Positions 46,785 through 55,911 of a stretch of 64,000 bases of DNA are shown here, piece by piece. A model generated the notes under the pieces. It searched no databases. It was not told the origin of the DNA and worked only from the letters and a program-made list of their open reading frames with translations. The position numbers and the translations under genes were made by a program. The stretch is from positions 48,463 through 112,462 of the forward strand of contig CAYLMM010000003.1 in assembly GCA_964384825.1 (NCBI GenBank), in the 5' to 3' direction. The first letter of the stretch is position 1. Each line of letters begins with the position of its first letter. The DNA comes from an uncultured Fibrobacteraceae bacterium (GTDB taxonomy: Bacteria > Krumholzibacteriota > Krumholzibacteriia > LZORAL124-64-63).

Positions 46785-47954
46785 ATGTCCGATAACGATC
46801 CGCTCAGCAGCCTGCCTGTCGACGAGGTTCACGCCTTGCCTCACGAATCCTCCGGCCTGGCCCGCGAACTGCTCGCCGAGGCCCTGGAGCGCCGCCTGTC
46901 CGGCGGCGAGATCCTGGCGCTCTTCGAGGAGGCGGCCCTGCACGACCTGGCGGGCGCGGCCCATGCGCTGCGGCTGAAGCGCTGCGATCCCGGGATCGCG
47001 ACCTACGTCGTGGACCGCAACGTGACCTACACCAACATCTGCTACGTCGACTGCGAGTTCTGCGCCTTCAACCGCCACAAGGGCGACGACGACGCCTACC
47101 TGCTCGACGACGGCGAGATCCACGCCAAGGTCGAGTCGGTCATCGCGGCGGGCGGCAACCAGATCCTGCTGCAGGGCGGCCACCATCCGAACCTGAAGCT
47201 CGAGCACTACGAGCGGATGCTCTCGGGTCTGAAGGCGGATTTCCCCGATCTCTGGGTCCACGGATTCTCGCCGAACGAGGTGCAGCACTTCGCCAAGGTC
47301 AGCCGGATCACCACGCTGGACGTCCTGAGGCGGCTCCGCGACGCGGGCCTGGATTCGATGCCCGGCGGCGGCGCGGAGATCCTCACCGACCGCGTCCGCG
47401 GCGTCCTGGCCCCGCGCAAGACCACCGCCGACCAGTGGATCGCCATCATGGAGGAGGCCCATTTCCTGGGCCTGCCCACCACCGCCACGATGATGTTCGC
47501 CCACATCGAGACCTTCGCCGAGCGGGTCGAGCATCTGCTGCGCCTGCGCGAGAGCCAGGAGAAGACCGGCGGCTACACGGCCTTCATCCCCTGGACCTTC
47601 CAGCCCGGCAACACGCCCCTGAGCCGCCGGCCCGAGCTGATGGCGCCCGTCGAGGCGCGCGGCTATCTCGGCGCGCTGGACTACCTGCGCACCCTGGCGA
47701 TCTCGCGGATCGCCCTGGACAACTTCGCCAACATCCAGGCCAGCTGGGTCACCCAGGGCAAGGCGGTCGGACAGCTCACGCTGCTGTACGGCGCGAACGA
47801 TCTGGGCAGCACGATGATGGAGGAGAGCGTCGTCTCGGCGGCGGGCACGACCCATCCGCTGACCCGGGCCGACCTGGACGAGATGATCCGCGGCGCCGGC
47901 TTCAAGCCCGCCAGGCGCGACAACGGCTACAACGTGCTGAAGGTGGTCGAATAG
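46785..47954 (+). CDS. radical SAM enzyme of the MqnC/MqnE family (futalosine pathway)
   Basis: CYVDCEFCAF is the CxxxCxxC radical SAM cluster motif. It is ~389 aa and adjacent to mqnA. Confidence 0.8.
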   Translation: MSDNDPLSSLPVDEVHALPHESSGLARELLAEALERRLSGGEILALFEEAALHDLAGAAHALRLKRCDPGIATYVVDRNVTYTNICYVDCEFCAFNRHKGDDDAYLLDDGEIHAKVESVIAAGGNQILLQGGHHPNLKLEHYERMLSGLKADFPDLWVHGFSPNEVQHFAKVSRITTLDVLRRLRDAGLDSMPGGGAEILTDRVRGVLAPRKTTADQWIAIMEEAHFLGLPTTATMMFAHIETFAERVEHLLRLRESQEKTGGYTAFIPWTFQPGNTPLSRRPELMAPVEARGYLGALDYLRTLAISRIALDNFANIQASWVTQGKAVGQLTLLYGANDLGSTMMEESVVSAAGTTHPLTRADLDEMIRGAGFKPARRDNGYNVLKVVE

Positions 47955-47959
47955 GCGGA

Positions 47960-49237
47960 TCAGTCCAGCCGGATCCAGTCGTCGCCGTAGATCGCCCGCG
48001 GGAAGAGCCGCGGCACCAGCCCGTAGAGGAACTGGCGCAGCTTCAGCGCCATGTGGCTGGCGGTGTGCGATCCGTGCACCGTGCGCAGGAACCCCTCGAG
48101 CGTGTAGATCTGGATCTCGACCTTGAAGCTGTAGGGCGGCCGCCCCGGCTCGGGGTTGGGGTGCAGGATGTCCAGGTCCCCCTTGAAGACCTTGTATCCC
48201 TTGCCCGATTGCGGATTCAGCCGCGAACCGCCCGGCTGCTCGCTCGAGGTGTCGGTGACGTTCCGCCAGCGGAGCAGGCTGCCGAACATGTAGCCGAAGA
48301 CGCCCAGCAGCTCGCTCAGCTGATCGTCGTTCGGCACGATGAACATCGCGCCGAGCAGGTCGGAGATGTCGTCGGGATCGGCGATGTTGCGGCGGATCAT
48401 CTTCGAGAGGATCGAACCGTTGCGGCTGCTGCTCATCGACTCCCAACGGCGGCGCTCCAGCACGCGGTGGCGGCCGCCGACGATCTCGTAGCTGACCGGG
48501 GTCACCGACCGCTTGAAGCGGCAGCTGTAGTAGAGGATGTCCAGCGGAGTCTTGCGGTCGCGCACCAGGGGCTCGACGTACTTCGAGTTGAAGGTCCAGA
48601 CCTGCTGACCGGGCCGCTGCCCGATGTTGTAGAGGATCGATTCGCCGTCCTGATCGATCTCGAAACCGACCTGGATGTCGTGGGTCTCGCTGCAATGCCG
48701 CCAGAGCCCGTCGGTGATCAGGTTCTCGAAGAAGGTCTTGTGCCGAGGTCCGTCCTGGATGTCGCGGGAGTGGTCGATGTCGATCAGCAGCTGGGCGAGG
48801 TAGAGCTTCCGCTGCGCCTCGTAGCGGGTGCGGCGGTCCTCGCGGCTGAAGAGCAGGCCGAGCAGGGTCCGCAGGTCGTTGCAGGCGGTGATCCTGGGCA
48901 GCGGCTCGACGCGGGCTCCGGCCTCGTCGGGCAGCAGTTCGGCCAGCTCGGCCAGGTAGGCGTTCACCTCGTTCAGATAGTCGACCATCCGCGGCTGGTC
49001 GTCGCGCTGCGGGGGTGTTCCGATCGGATGCAGCAGCTTGGCGATGTTGGCGCGGTAGGTGTCCTCGTCGATGCGGGAGCGCTTGAAGATCTGCCAGAAT
49101 ATCCGGCCCTGGCGGGTCGGCCGGTCGATGTAGCGGGGATCGAGATAGGGATGGGCGTCGAAGGAGACATCCCAGGGGTCGCCGTTCTGGCCGGCGGGGC
49201 GGCGGAGTTGGAAGGAATCGACCCAGCGCTGATTCAT
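47960..49237 (-). CDS. hypothetical protein with a C-terminal RelA/SpoT-like (alarmone-synthetase-fold) nucleotidyltransferase domain
   Basis: The C-terminal ~190 aa align by eye to the synthetase motifs. SILSKMIRRN...DLLGAMFIV corresponds to RxKS..S...K / D..GxR. NPQSGKGYKVFKG corresponds to NGYQSxH. FKVEIQIYT corresponds to VEIQIRT. The N-terminal ~230 aa has no recognisable family. Confidence 0.55.
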   Translation of the reverse strand: MNQRWVDSFQLRRPAGQNGDPWDVSFDAHPYLDPRYIDRPTRQGRIFWQIFKRSRIDEDTYRANIAKLLHPIGTPPQRDDQPRMVDYLNEVNAYLAELAELLPDEAGARVEPLPRITACNDLRTLLGLLFSREDRRTRYEAQRKLYLAQLLIDIDHSRDIQDGPRHKTFFENLITDGLWRHCSETHDIQVGFEIDQDGESILYNIGQRPGQQVWTFNSKYVEPLVRDRKTPLDILYYSCRFKRSVTPVSYEIVGGRHRVLERRRWESMSSSRNGSILSKMIRRNIADPDDISDLLGAMFIVPNDDQLSELLGVFGYMFGSLLRWRNVTDTSSEQPGGSRLNPQSGKGYKVFKGDLDILHPNPEPGRPPYSFKVEIQIYTLEGFLRTVHGSHTASHMALKLRQFLYGLVPRLFPRAIYGDDWIRLD

Positions 49238-49292
49238 GATCTCCTCAGGCGGGCCGGGCGCCGGGGCCCGCGGGCCCCGGCGCCGACTCCGC

Positions 49293-50480
49293 TCAGATCT
49301 GCGCCAATGCCGCGTCGAGATCGGCGATGAGGTCTTCGACGTCCTCGCAGCCGACCGCGATGCGCACCAGCTCGTCCAGGATGTCGGCCTGCATCCGCTC
49401 CTCGCGGGGGATGCCGGCGTGGGTCATCGAGGCCGGGTGCTCGATCAGCGACTCGATGCCGCCGAGGCTGACCGCCAGGGTCGGGATCTTCACCGAGTTG
49501 ATCAGCTTCTTGCCCGCCTCGAGCCCGCCCTTGACGCCGAAGGACATCACGGCGCTCGGACCGGCCATCTGCTTCTTGCCCAGCTCGTACTGGGGATGGC
49601 TCTTCAGACCCGGGTAGCGGATCCACTCGATCTTCGGGTGGTTCTCGAGGTATTCGGCGATCTTCATGGCGTTGGCTTCGGCCTTGTCCATTCTCAGAGC
49701 CAAGGTACGCACGCCGCGCAGGACGAGCCACGCCTGGTGGGGATCCATCGTCCCGCCGATGTTCAGGTGCACCTTGCGCAGCCTGGCCAGGACCTCGGGA
49801 TCCTTGGCGACGACCATTCCGGCCACCACGTCGCTGTGGCCGTTGATGAACTTCGTCATGCTGTGAACCACGATGTCGGCGCCGAGTTTCAACGGATTCT
49901 GCCGCACGGGCGAACAGAAGGTGTTGTCGACCGCCAGCAGGGCCCCGCCCGCGTGCGCTATCTCGGCGATGGCGGCGATGTCGCACATCTTCATCGTCGG
50001 GTTGGCCGGCGACTCGATGTAGACCAGCGAGGTCTCGGGGCGCATGGCGGCCTTGACCTTTTCGGGATCGGAGGCGTCGACGAAGGTCGACTCGACGCCG
50101 AAGCGGGGGTACTCGCCCTCCAGGATCATCCGCGAGGGGCCGTACAGCGATTCCATGGCCACGGCGTGCTTGCCGGCGCCCAGGAAGGTCAGGTAGACCA
50201 TGTTGACCGCGGCCATGCCGGTGGCGGCCGCCAGGGCGCCGCAGCCGCCCTCGAGCGTCGCGATGCTCTCCTGCAGGGCGGCGGTGGTCGGGTTGCCCAG
50301 CCGCGTGTAGATGTATCCGTCCTCGGTGCCCGCGAAACGGTGGGCTCCCTGGTCGGCGTCGACGAAGCTGAAGGTCGAGGACTGGTAGATGGGCACCGAA
50401 ACCGCGCCGCTGGCGGGGTCTCCATGCTGGCCGGCGTGGACGACCTTGGTGTGCATGCGCATCTTGCTGACGTCGTTCAT
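49293..50480 (-). CDS. Cys/Met-metabolism PLP-dependent enzyme (methionine gamma-lyase / cystathionine gamma-synthase family)
   Basis: SMTKFINGHSD contains the PLP-Lys, within a conserved trans-sulfuration fold. It is 395 aa. Confidence 0.85.
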   Translation of the reverse strand: MNDVSKMRMHTKVVHAGQHGDPASGAVSVPIYQSSTFSFVDADQGAHRFAGTEDGYIYTRLGNPTTAALQESIATLEGGCGALAAATGMAAVNMVYLTFLGAGKHAVAMESLYGPSRMILEGEYPRFGVESTFVDASDPEKVKAAMRPETSLVYIESPANPTMKMCDIAAIAEIAHAGGALLAVDNTFCSPVRQNPLKLGADIVVHSMTKFINGHSDVVAGMVVAKDPEVLARLRKVHLNIGGTMDPHQAWLVLRGVRTLALRMDKAEANAMKIAEYLENHPKIEWIRYPGLKSHPQYELGKKQMAGPSAVMSFGVKGGLEAGKKLINSVKIPTLAVSLGGIESLIEHPASMTHAGIPREERMQADILDELVRIAVGCEDVEDLIADLDAALAQI

Positions 50481-50581
50481 GGCGGTGAATCCTTTCTGAT
50501 CACTGCAAGAACCAGTTGTGACTCACCCCGAGGCCGCACGCACGGGCGGTAACGTGACGGGATGGGGGTCGGAATCTGATT

Positions 50582-50609
50582 TTGCCCGGTCGGGCGGCCA
50601 CACTATAAT
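50582..50609 (+). promoter_or_regulatory. candidate sigma70 promoter for the S8 peptidase gene
   Basis: TTGCCC-N16-TATAAT, ~60 nt upstream of the ATG at 50672. Confidence 0.35.
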
Positions 50610-50671
50610 AGGATGCGGGTCCCGAGTTTCAAAATCCCAAGGCTTTCTTCCCACATCTGGTGGAGGTGGAC

Positions 50672-53600
50672 ATGAATTCGGCAAGGCATGCCGCGTTCCG
50701 GGCCGCGCTGGCTCTGACGCTCCTGCTCATCACGCTGACCGGTTCCGCGCTGGCGGACGATCCCGCCCCGGACCTGAGCCAGTACCTGCCGGCCGGCGAC
50801 ATCGGAGCCGACGACTTCATCGCCGCGCATCCCGGTTGGGACGGCCGCGGGGCCGTGATCGCGGTCCTGGACACGGGCGTCGACGAGTTCGCTCCGGGCC
50901 TGTCCGAAACCTCGACGGGCCAGCACAAGATCCTCGATGTCCGCGACCTTACGCCCGAGGGCGAGTGGAGCCTGGAGAAGGCCGAGCTCGAGGACGACGC
51001 CCTGGTCCATCCCGACGGCATGCGCCTGACCGGCTTCGCCGACCTCGACGTGCCGCCGGCCGCCGACGAGCCCGGGGCCGACCCGGTGTGGTTCGGGATC
51101 ATTCCCGAGCGGGCCTTCCGCAACTCGGGCGACGTGAGCGACTACAACGACGACGGCGACCGCGACGACAGCTTCGGCGTGCTGGTCTACACCGCCGAGC
51201 GCAAGTGGGTCGAGCACGCCCTGGGCGTCGGCCGCGGGCTGGAATTTTTGGCCGGCCTGAACGAGACCGCCGCCGCGACCGTGGCCGAGGAGCGCGCGAG
51301 CGACAAGTGCTGGGTCGTGGTCGTCGACACCGACGCCGACGGCGATCTGGCCGACGAGAAGGTCCTGCGCGACTACCACGTCGATTGGGACGTCTTCAAG
51401 CCCGTCAACCGCGACGCCGCGGAATCCCGCACCCTGATGGCCTGGTCGGTCAACGTGCGCGAGAACGAGGACTTCCTGGGCCGCCCCGAGGCCCCGACCC
51501 TCGAGACCCATTTCGATTCTGGATCCCACGGATCCCACTGCGCCGGCATCGCCGCGGGGCACGACGTCTCCGGCCAGCCCGGCATCGACGGCGTCGCTCC
51601 CGGCGCCTGGCTGATCTCCTGCAAGCTCGGCGACAACCGGCTCGCCGGCGGGGCCACCCGCACCGAGTCGATGAAGAAGGCCTACCGGTACGCCCAGTCC
51701 TTCGGCGAGAAGTACGGCCTGCCGGTCGTGGTGAACATGAGCTTCGGCATCAACTCGGTCGAGGAGGGCGAGGACGCGATGGGCTCCTGGCTCGACGACT
51801 TCATGGCCGAGCATCCCGAATTCGTGGTCTGCACCAGCGCCGGCAACGAGGGCCCGGGCCTTTCCTCGATCGGCATCCCGGCCACCTGCACCAGCATCAT
51901 CTCCAGCGGGGCCTACCTCTCGCGCGAGAGCGGCACGGCGCTCTACAGCGCGCGGATGACGCAGGACGCGATGTTCGGCTTCTCGTCGCGCGGCGGCGAG
52001 TCGCCCAAGCCCGACATCGTCTCGCCGGGCACGGCCCTGTCCACCGTCCCGGGCCACGTCGAGGGCTCGGCGCGGTACAACGGCACCTCGATGGCCTCGC
52101 CGCAGACCGCCGGCGCGGTCGCCCTGCTGCTCGGCGCGGCCGCCGACAAGGGCTACGACGTCCACTGGGGCATGATCAAGCGCGCCCTGATCGGCGGCGG
52201 CGTGCCGGTCGAGGGCCTGGGCCTTCTCGATCAGGGCGGCGGCCTGCTGAACGTCGAGAATTCCTGGCGCCTGCTCGACAAGCTGGCTCGCAGCGAGACC
52301 GCGAAGCAGGTTCTGGACTACGCGATCGAGGTCGCCTGCCCCTTCCAGACCGACGGCCTGGCCACCGCGGCCTACTGGCGCACCCCGGGCGGCGTTCCCG
52401 AGGCTCCCGAGCGCGTCCGCTTCACGGTGACGCCGATCTTCCATCCCGACATGACGCCCGACATGAAGGACACCTTCTTCCGGTCCTTCTCCTTCAAGAG
52501 CGAGGCGTCCTGGCTCAGGACCATCACCCGCAAGAGCTACATCCGCGGCGACATGGGCATGACCGTCGACGTGGAGTACGACGGCGGCGTCATGGACGAA
52601 CCGGGACTGCGCTCGGCGCGGGTCCTGGCGACCCAGGACGGCGGCGATCTCTCCGGCCTGGCCGGCCGTGAGTTCGCCCTGTGGAACACGATCGTCGTCG
52701 GCGACCGGGTCGGACCCGGCGACGGATACATGAAGACCTGGCAGGGCGAGGGCATCGCCCCGTCCAAGGTGCGGCGCCACTACATCGTCGTGCCGGCAGG
52801 CGCCACCGCCATGCGGGCCCGGCTGGAGGTCAGCGACCGGATCGGCGCGCGCAAGGGCGCGGCCGCCTACCTCGAGCTCTGCAATCCCGAGGGCGCCGTC
52901 CGCGGCGGCTGGATCGGCTACGCTTCGCCCGAGGCGCATCCGGTGCGCGAGGCCACCCTGCTGCCGCCGGATCTGACTCCGGGCATCTGGGAGCTGAACG
53001 TGGTCGCGGCCATCGGCAACCTGGCGCCGACCGACTACGAGTTGACCGTCGCCTTCGACGGCTACGCCTGCGAACCTGCCGTCGTGACCGAACTGCCGCG
53101 CGCGGGCACCGGCGAACCGGCCGCCGGCTCGGTGCGCGTGACGCGGGTCTTCCCCGGCGTCTTCCGCGGCGTCGTCGCGGCGGCCGTCGAGGGTTTCCGC
53201 GGCGAGTCCGAGATCTCGATCGAGGAGAAGGACTCCTGGAGCAAGAGCTTCACCCTCGACCGCGTCACGCCGCGTGTCTCCTTCCATCTCGAGATGGACG
53301 AGAAGACGGCCAACTACTTCACCGATTGCGCGGTGAACATCGCCGGCTCGGACGGGCGCGACATCACCGCCACCGGCTTCGACGGCCTGATCTGCGACAT
53401 CGGCGCTTCGCTGCCCGCGGGCGTCTCCGAGGTCACCTACACCCTGAAGGTCACCGGCGGCTTCGCCGAGAAGGCCGACATGGAGGAGTGGGGCTTCACC
53501 CTCGAGGAGAAGTACAAGCTGGCCGCCCCGGTGGCCGGCGAGGTCGAGAGGGCCGGCGGCGGCGCCCTGCGCCTGTACAGCGGCGTGCCGACCGATCTGG

Positions 53601-53749
53601 ACGTCTCGTTCGCCGGATCCTGGCCCGAGCCCCCCGAGGGGATGCGGCCCTACGGCGCGCTGACGTTCACCGACGCGCGCCCCGGCGACCGCAAGGTCGG
53701 CGACCGCGGCGGGCGGGTCTGCCTGGAGATTCCCATCCGTCTGGACTGA
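50672..53749 (+). CDS. secreted S8-family subtilisin-like serine peptidase (large, multidomain)
   Basis: Signal peptide. The catalytic triad is VLDTGVD (Asp), HGSHCAG (His) and GTSMASP (Ser). A ~600 aa C-terminal beta-rich extension. GGAGG RBS. Confidence 0.85.
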   Translation: MNSARHAAFRAALALTLLLITLTGSALADDPAPDLSQYLPAGDIGADDFIAAHPGWDGRGAVIAVLDTGVDEFAPGLSETSTGQHKILDVRDLTPEGEWSLEKAELEDDALVHPDGMRLTGFADLDVPPAADEPGADPVWFGIIPERAFRNSGDVSDYNDDGDRDDSFGVLVYTAERKWVEHALGVGRGLEFLAGLNETAAATVAEERASDKCWVVVVDTDADGDLADEKVLRDYHVDWDVFKPVNRDAAESRTLMAWSVNVRENEDFLGRPEAPTLETHFDSGSHGSHCAGIAAGHDVSGQPGIDGVAPGAWLISCKLGDNRLAGGATRTESMKKAYRYAQSFGEKYGLPVVVNMSFGINSVEEGEDAMGSWLDDFMAEHPEFVVCTSAGNEGPGLSSIGIPATCTSIISSGAYLSRESGTALYSARMTQDAMFGFSSRGGESPKPDIVSPGTALSTVPGHVEGSARYNGTSMASPQTAGAVALLLGAAADKGYDVHWGMIKRALIGGGVPVEGLGLLDQGGGLLNVENSWRLLDKLARSETAKQVLDYAIEVACPFQTDGLATAAYWRTPGGVPEAPERVRFTVTPIFHPDMTPDMKDTFFRSFSFKSEASWLRTITRKSYIRGDMGMTVDVEYDGGVMDEPGLRSARVLATQDGGDLSGLAGREFALWNTIVVGDRVGPGDGYMKTWQGEGIAPSKVRRHYIVVPAGATAMRARLEVSDRIGARKGAAAYLELCNPEGAVRGGWIGYASPEAHPVREATLLPPDLTPGIWELNVVAAIGNLAPTDYELTVAFDGYACEPAVVTELPRAGTGEPAAGSVRVTRVFPGVFRGVVAAAVEGFRGESEISIEEKDSWSKSFTLDRVTPRVSFHLEMDEKTANYFTDCAVNIAGSDGRDITATGFDGLICDIGASLPAGVSEVTYTLKVTGGFAEKADMEEWGFTLEEKYKLAAPVAGEVERAGGGALRLYSGVPTDLDVSFAGSWPEPPEGMRPYGALTFTDARPGDRKVGDRGGRVCLEIPIRLD

Positions 53750-53771
53750 TCCGATTCGCGGAAGCGACGCG

Positions 53772-53808
53772 AGCGCCCTTCCCCATGCGGGGGAGGGCGC
53801 TTTTTCGT
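53772..53808. terminator. bidirectional rho-independent terminator between the S8 peptidase (+) and GT4 (-) genes
   Basis: AGCGCCCTTCCCCatgcGGGGGAGGGCGCT followed by TTTTTCG. Confidence 0.6.
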
Positions 53809-53820
53809 CTTCGGAGGGAA

Positions 53821-55116
53821 TCAGGAGCCGGGGGCCCCCGGGGCGGCGGACGAATCTGCGGCCTCTTCCAGGACCGTGTGCAGTCGCGCCATGTGGGCGG
53901 CGCGTCCGTAGCGGGAGACGGCCTTGGCGCGGGCGGCGGCGCGGGCTTCCGGGCCGAACAGGGTCGCCCGGCGCATCGCTGCGGCCAGCGCCGCCGGGTC
54001 GCCGGGGGCGAACAGCAGGCCGTCGCGGCCGTCGTCGATGTGCTCGGGAATGCCGCCGATGTCCGATCCCACCACCGGAACGCCCGCGGCGAAGGATTCC
54101 AGCAGGGCCAGCGGCCCGTTCTCGTAGCATTCGGACGGCAAAACGGTGAACCGGGCTGCGGCCAGTTCCTCGCGCAGCCGGCCGGCGCCCAGGGGGCCGA
54201 GGAATTCCACGCGCCGCAGCCCGAGCTCGGCCGCTCGGGCCCGCAACCCGGCCTCGGCGGGGCCCGAGCCCGCGATCCGCAGCCGCAGGGCAGCGCCTTG
54301 CGGATCGGCCTCGATCCTGGCCGCGGCTTCGAGCAGGGTGGCGATTCCCTTCTCGGGCGACAGCCGGCCGAAGTAGAACCCCGTGGGTTCTCCGCCGGGA
54401 ACGGCGACCGAATCGTCGGCCGGGCGCCAGGCATCCACATCCACGAAATTCGGCAGATGGCTCAATTTTTCCGCCGGAAAGCCCCATTCGACGTACTTCC
54501 CGCGCAGGAATTCGCTGGGGCACAGGAAGCGCCCGACGACGTCGGTGTAGAGGCGCCCGGTCCGCTGGCCCCAGGTCTCGGCGGCGGCCAGCAGCGAGGC
54601 CGCGTACGATCCCTTCACGCACCGTCCGAGGACCGCGTGATGGAAACGCCCGCCGCGGCATCGCTCGCAGACCTCGCCGTCGCGCAGCATGTGGATCGCC
54701 GGGCAGAGCAGGCGCAGGTCGTGCAGCGTCTGCACCGTGGGGATCCGGCGCCGGGCCAGCACCTTGAGGATGGCCGGGCTCAGGTGGTGGTAGATGTTGT
54801 GGATGTGGGCCGCGTCGGGCCGCACCTCGTCGATCAGACGATCCAGGTTGCGGGCGGCCTCGCGGTTCCACAGCAGCGACAGGGCGTCCGCGGCCGCGCC
54901 CGCCGACCATCGGGCCCGGCTGTAGTCGCGGGGACGAACGAAGAACCGCGACCAGGGCGAGGGATGGGCGTCCTCGTCGGCGATGGCGAAGGGCACGACC
55001 GTCCAGCCCGCCGCTAGCAGATCCTGCTCCTCCTGCAGGATGTAGCGCCCGACCCCGCCGGCGGGTCCGATGTCGTGGTAGAACTTGTTGATCAGCAGGA
55101 TCGTCCGTCCGGGCAT
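53821..55116 (-). CDS. GT4-family glycosyltransferase
   Basis: MPGRTILLINKFY... and the C-terminal SECYENGPLALLESFAAGVPVVGSD (EX7E). Confidence 0.75.
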   Translation of the reverse strand: MPGRTILLINKFYHDIGPAGGVGRYILQEEQDLLAAGWTVVPFAIADEDAHPSPWSRFFVRPRDYSRARWSAGAAADALSLLWNREAARNLDRLIDEVRPDAAHIHNIYHHLSPAILKVLARRRIPTVQTLHDLRLLCPAIHMLRDGEVCERCRGGRFHHAVLGRCVKGSYAASLLAAAETWGQRTGRLYTDVVGRFLCPSEFLRGKYVEWGFPAEKLSHLPNFVDVDAWRPADDSVAVPGGEPTGFYFGRLSPEKGIATLLEAAARIEADPQGAALRLRIAGSGPAEAGLRARAAELGLRRVEFLGPLGAGRLREELAAARFTVLPSECYENGPLALLESFAAGVPVVGSDIGGIPEHIDDGRDGLLFAPGDPAALAAAMRRATLFGPEARAAARAKAVSRYGRAAHMARLHTVLEEAADSSAAPGAPGS

Positions 55117-55126
55117 GTCCCTTCCT

Positions 55127-55861
55127 TCACGGCAGCAGGCGGGGCAGCGTCTCTTCGGCGCCGCCGGGGATGAAGACGTCGACCCAGGGAGCGGCGCCCC
55201 CCGACTCCAGATTGAATTCGACCACCTTGGCCCCGGCTTGACCCGCCATCGACGCCAGGCCCGCGGCGGGATGGACCACGCCCGAAGTGCCCACCACCAG
55301 GAACAGGTCGCAGTTCGTGGACGCGGCCACCGCGCGCTCCATATCCCGCGGATCGATTCCCTCGCCGAACCAGACGACCCCCGGGCGCAGCAGGGCGCCG
55401 CAGCCCTCGCAACGCGGCGGGATCGGCAGGGGCGCGCGCCGGTCCTCGCGTTCGCGTCCGCAGCCGGTGCAGCGGACCTTCCAGATCGAGCCGTGGAATT
55501 CCACGATGTCGGTGCTGCCGGCCGCCGCGTGCAGCCCGTCCACGTTCTGGGTGATGACCGTGACGCCGGCGACCAGCTTTTCCAGGTCGGCCAGCGCCCG
55601 GGGGCCGGGGGTGGGCGCGCAGCCGGCGATCAGGCCCCGCCGCCAGGCGCACCAACGCCAGACCTTCTCGGGATCGGCCCGGAAGGCCTCCGGTGTGGCC
55701 AATTCCTCGGGCCGGGTATTCTCCCACAGGCTGTCCGGCCCGCCGCGGAAGGTCGGTACGCCGCTGGCCGCCGAAACGCCGGCTCCGGTCAGCGCGGCGA
55801 TGCGCGTGCCGGTGCCGATGGAGGCCCGCAGCTCGGCCAGGTTTCGTTCGGGGTCGGTCAT
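55127..55861 (-). CDS. cobB: NAD-dependent protein deacylase, Sir2 family
   Basis: GAGVSAASGVPTFRG is the sirtuin NAD-binding block. VITQNVDGLH is a conserved sirtuin block. CTGCGRE...CEGCG is the Zn ribbon. Confidence 0.85.
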   Translation of the reverse strand: MTDPERNLAELRASIGTGTRIAALTGAGVSAASGVPTFRGGPDSLWENTRPEELATPEAFRADPEKVWRWCAWRRGLIAGCAPTPGPRALADLEKLVAGVTVITQNVDGLHAAAGSTDIVEFHGSIWKVRCTGCGREREDRRAPLPIPPRCEGCGALLRPGVVWFGEGIDPRDMERAVAASTNCDLFLVVGTSGVVHPAAGLASMAGQAGAKVVEFNLESGGAAPWVDVFIPGGAEETLPRLLP

Positions 55862-55911
55862 CGATGCGGCTTCCGGTCGAGGAACTCGTTGCGGTCGCGG
55901 GGGATCGCCCC

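Noticed and set aside
50603-54910. 1435-aa minus ORF
   Set aside because: It is antisense to the S8 peptidase gene, which has a full catalytic triad and a signal peptide on the plus strand.
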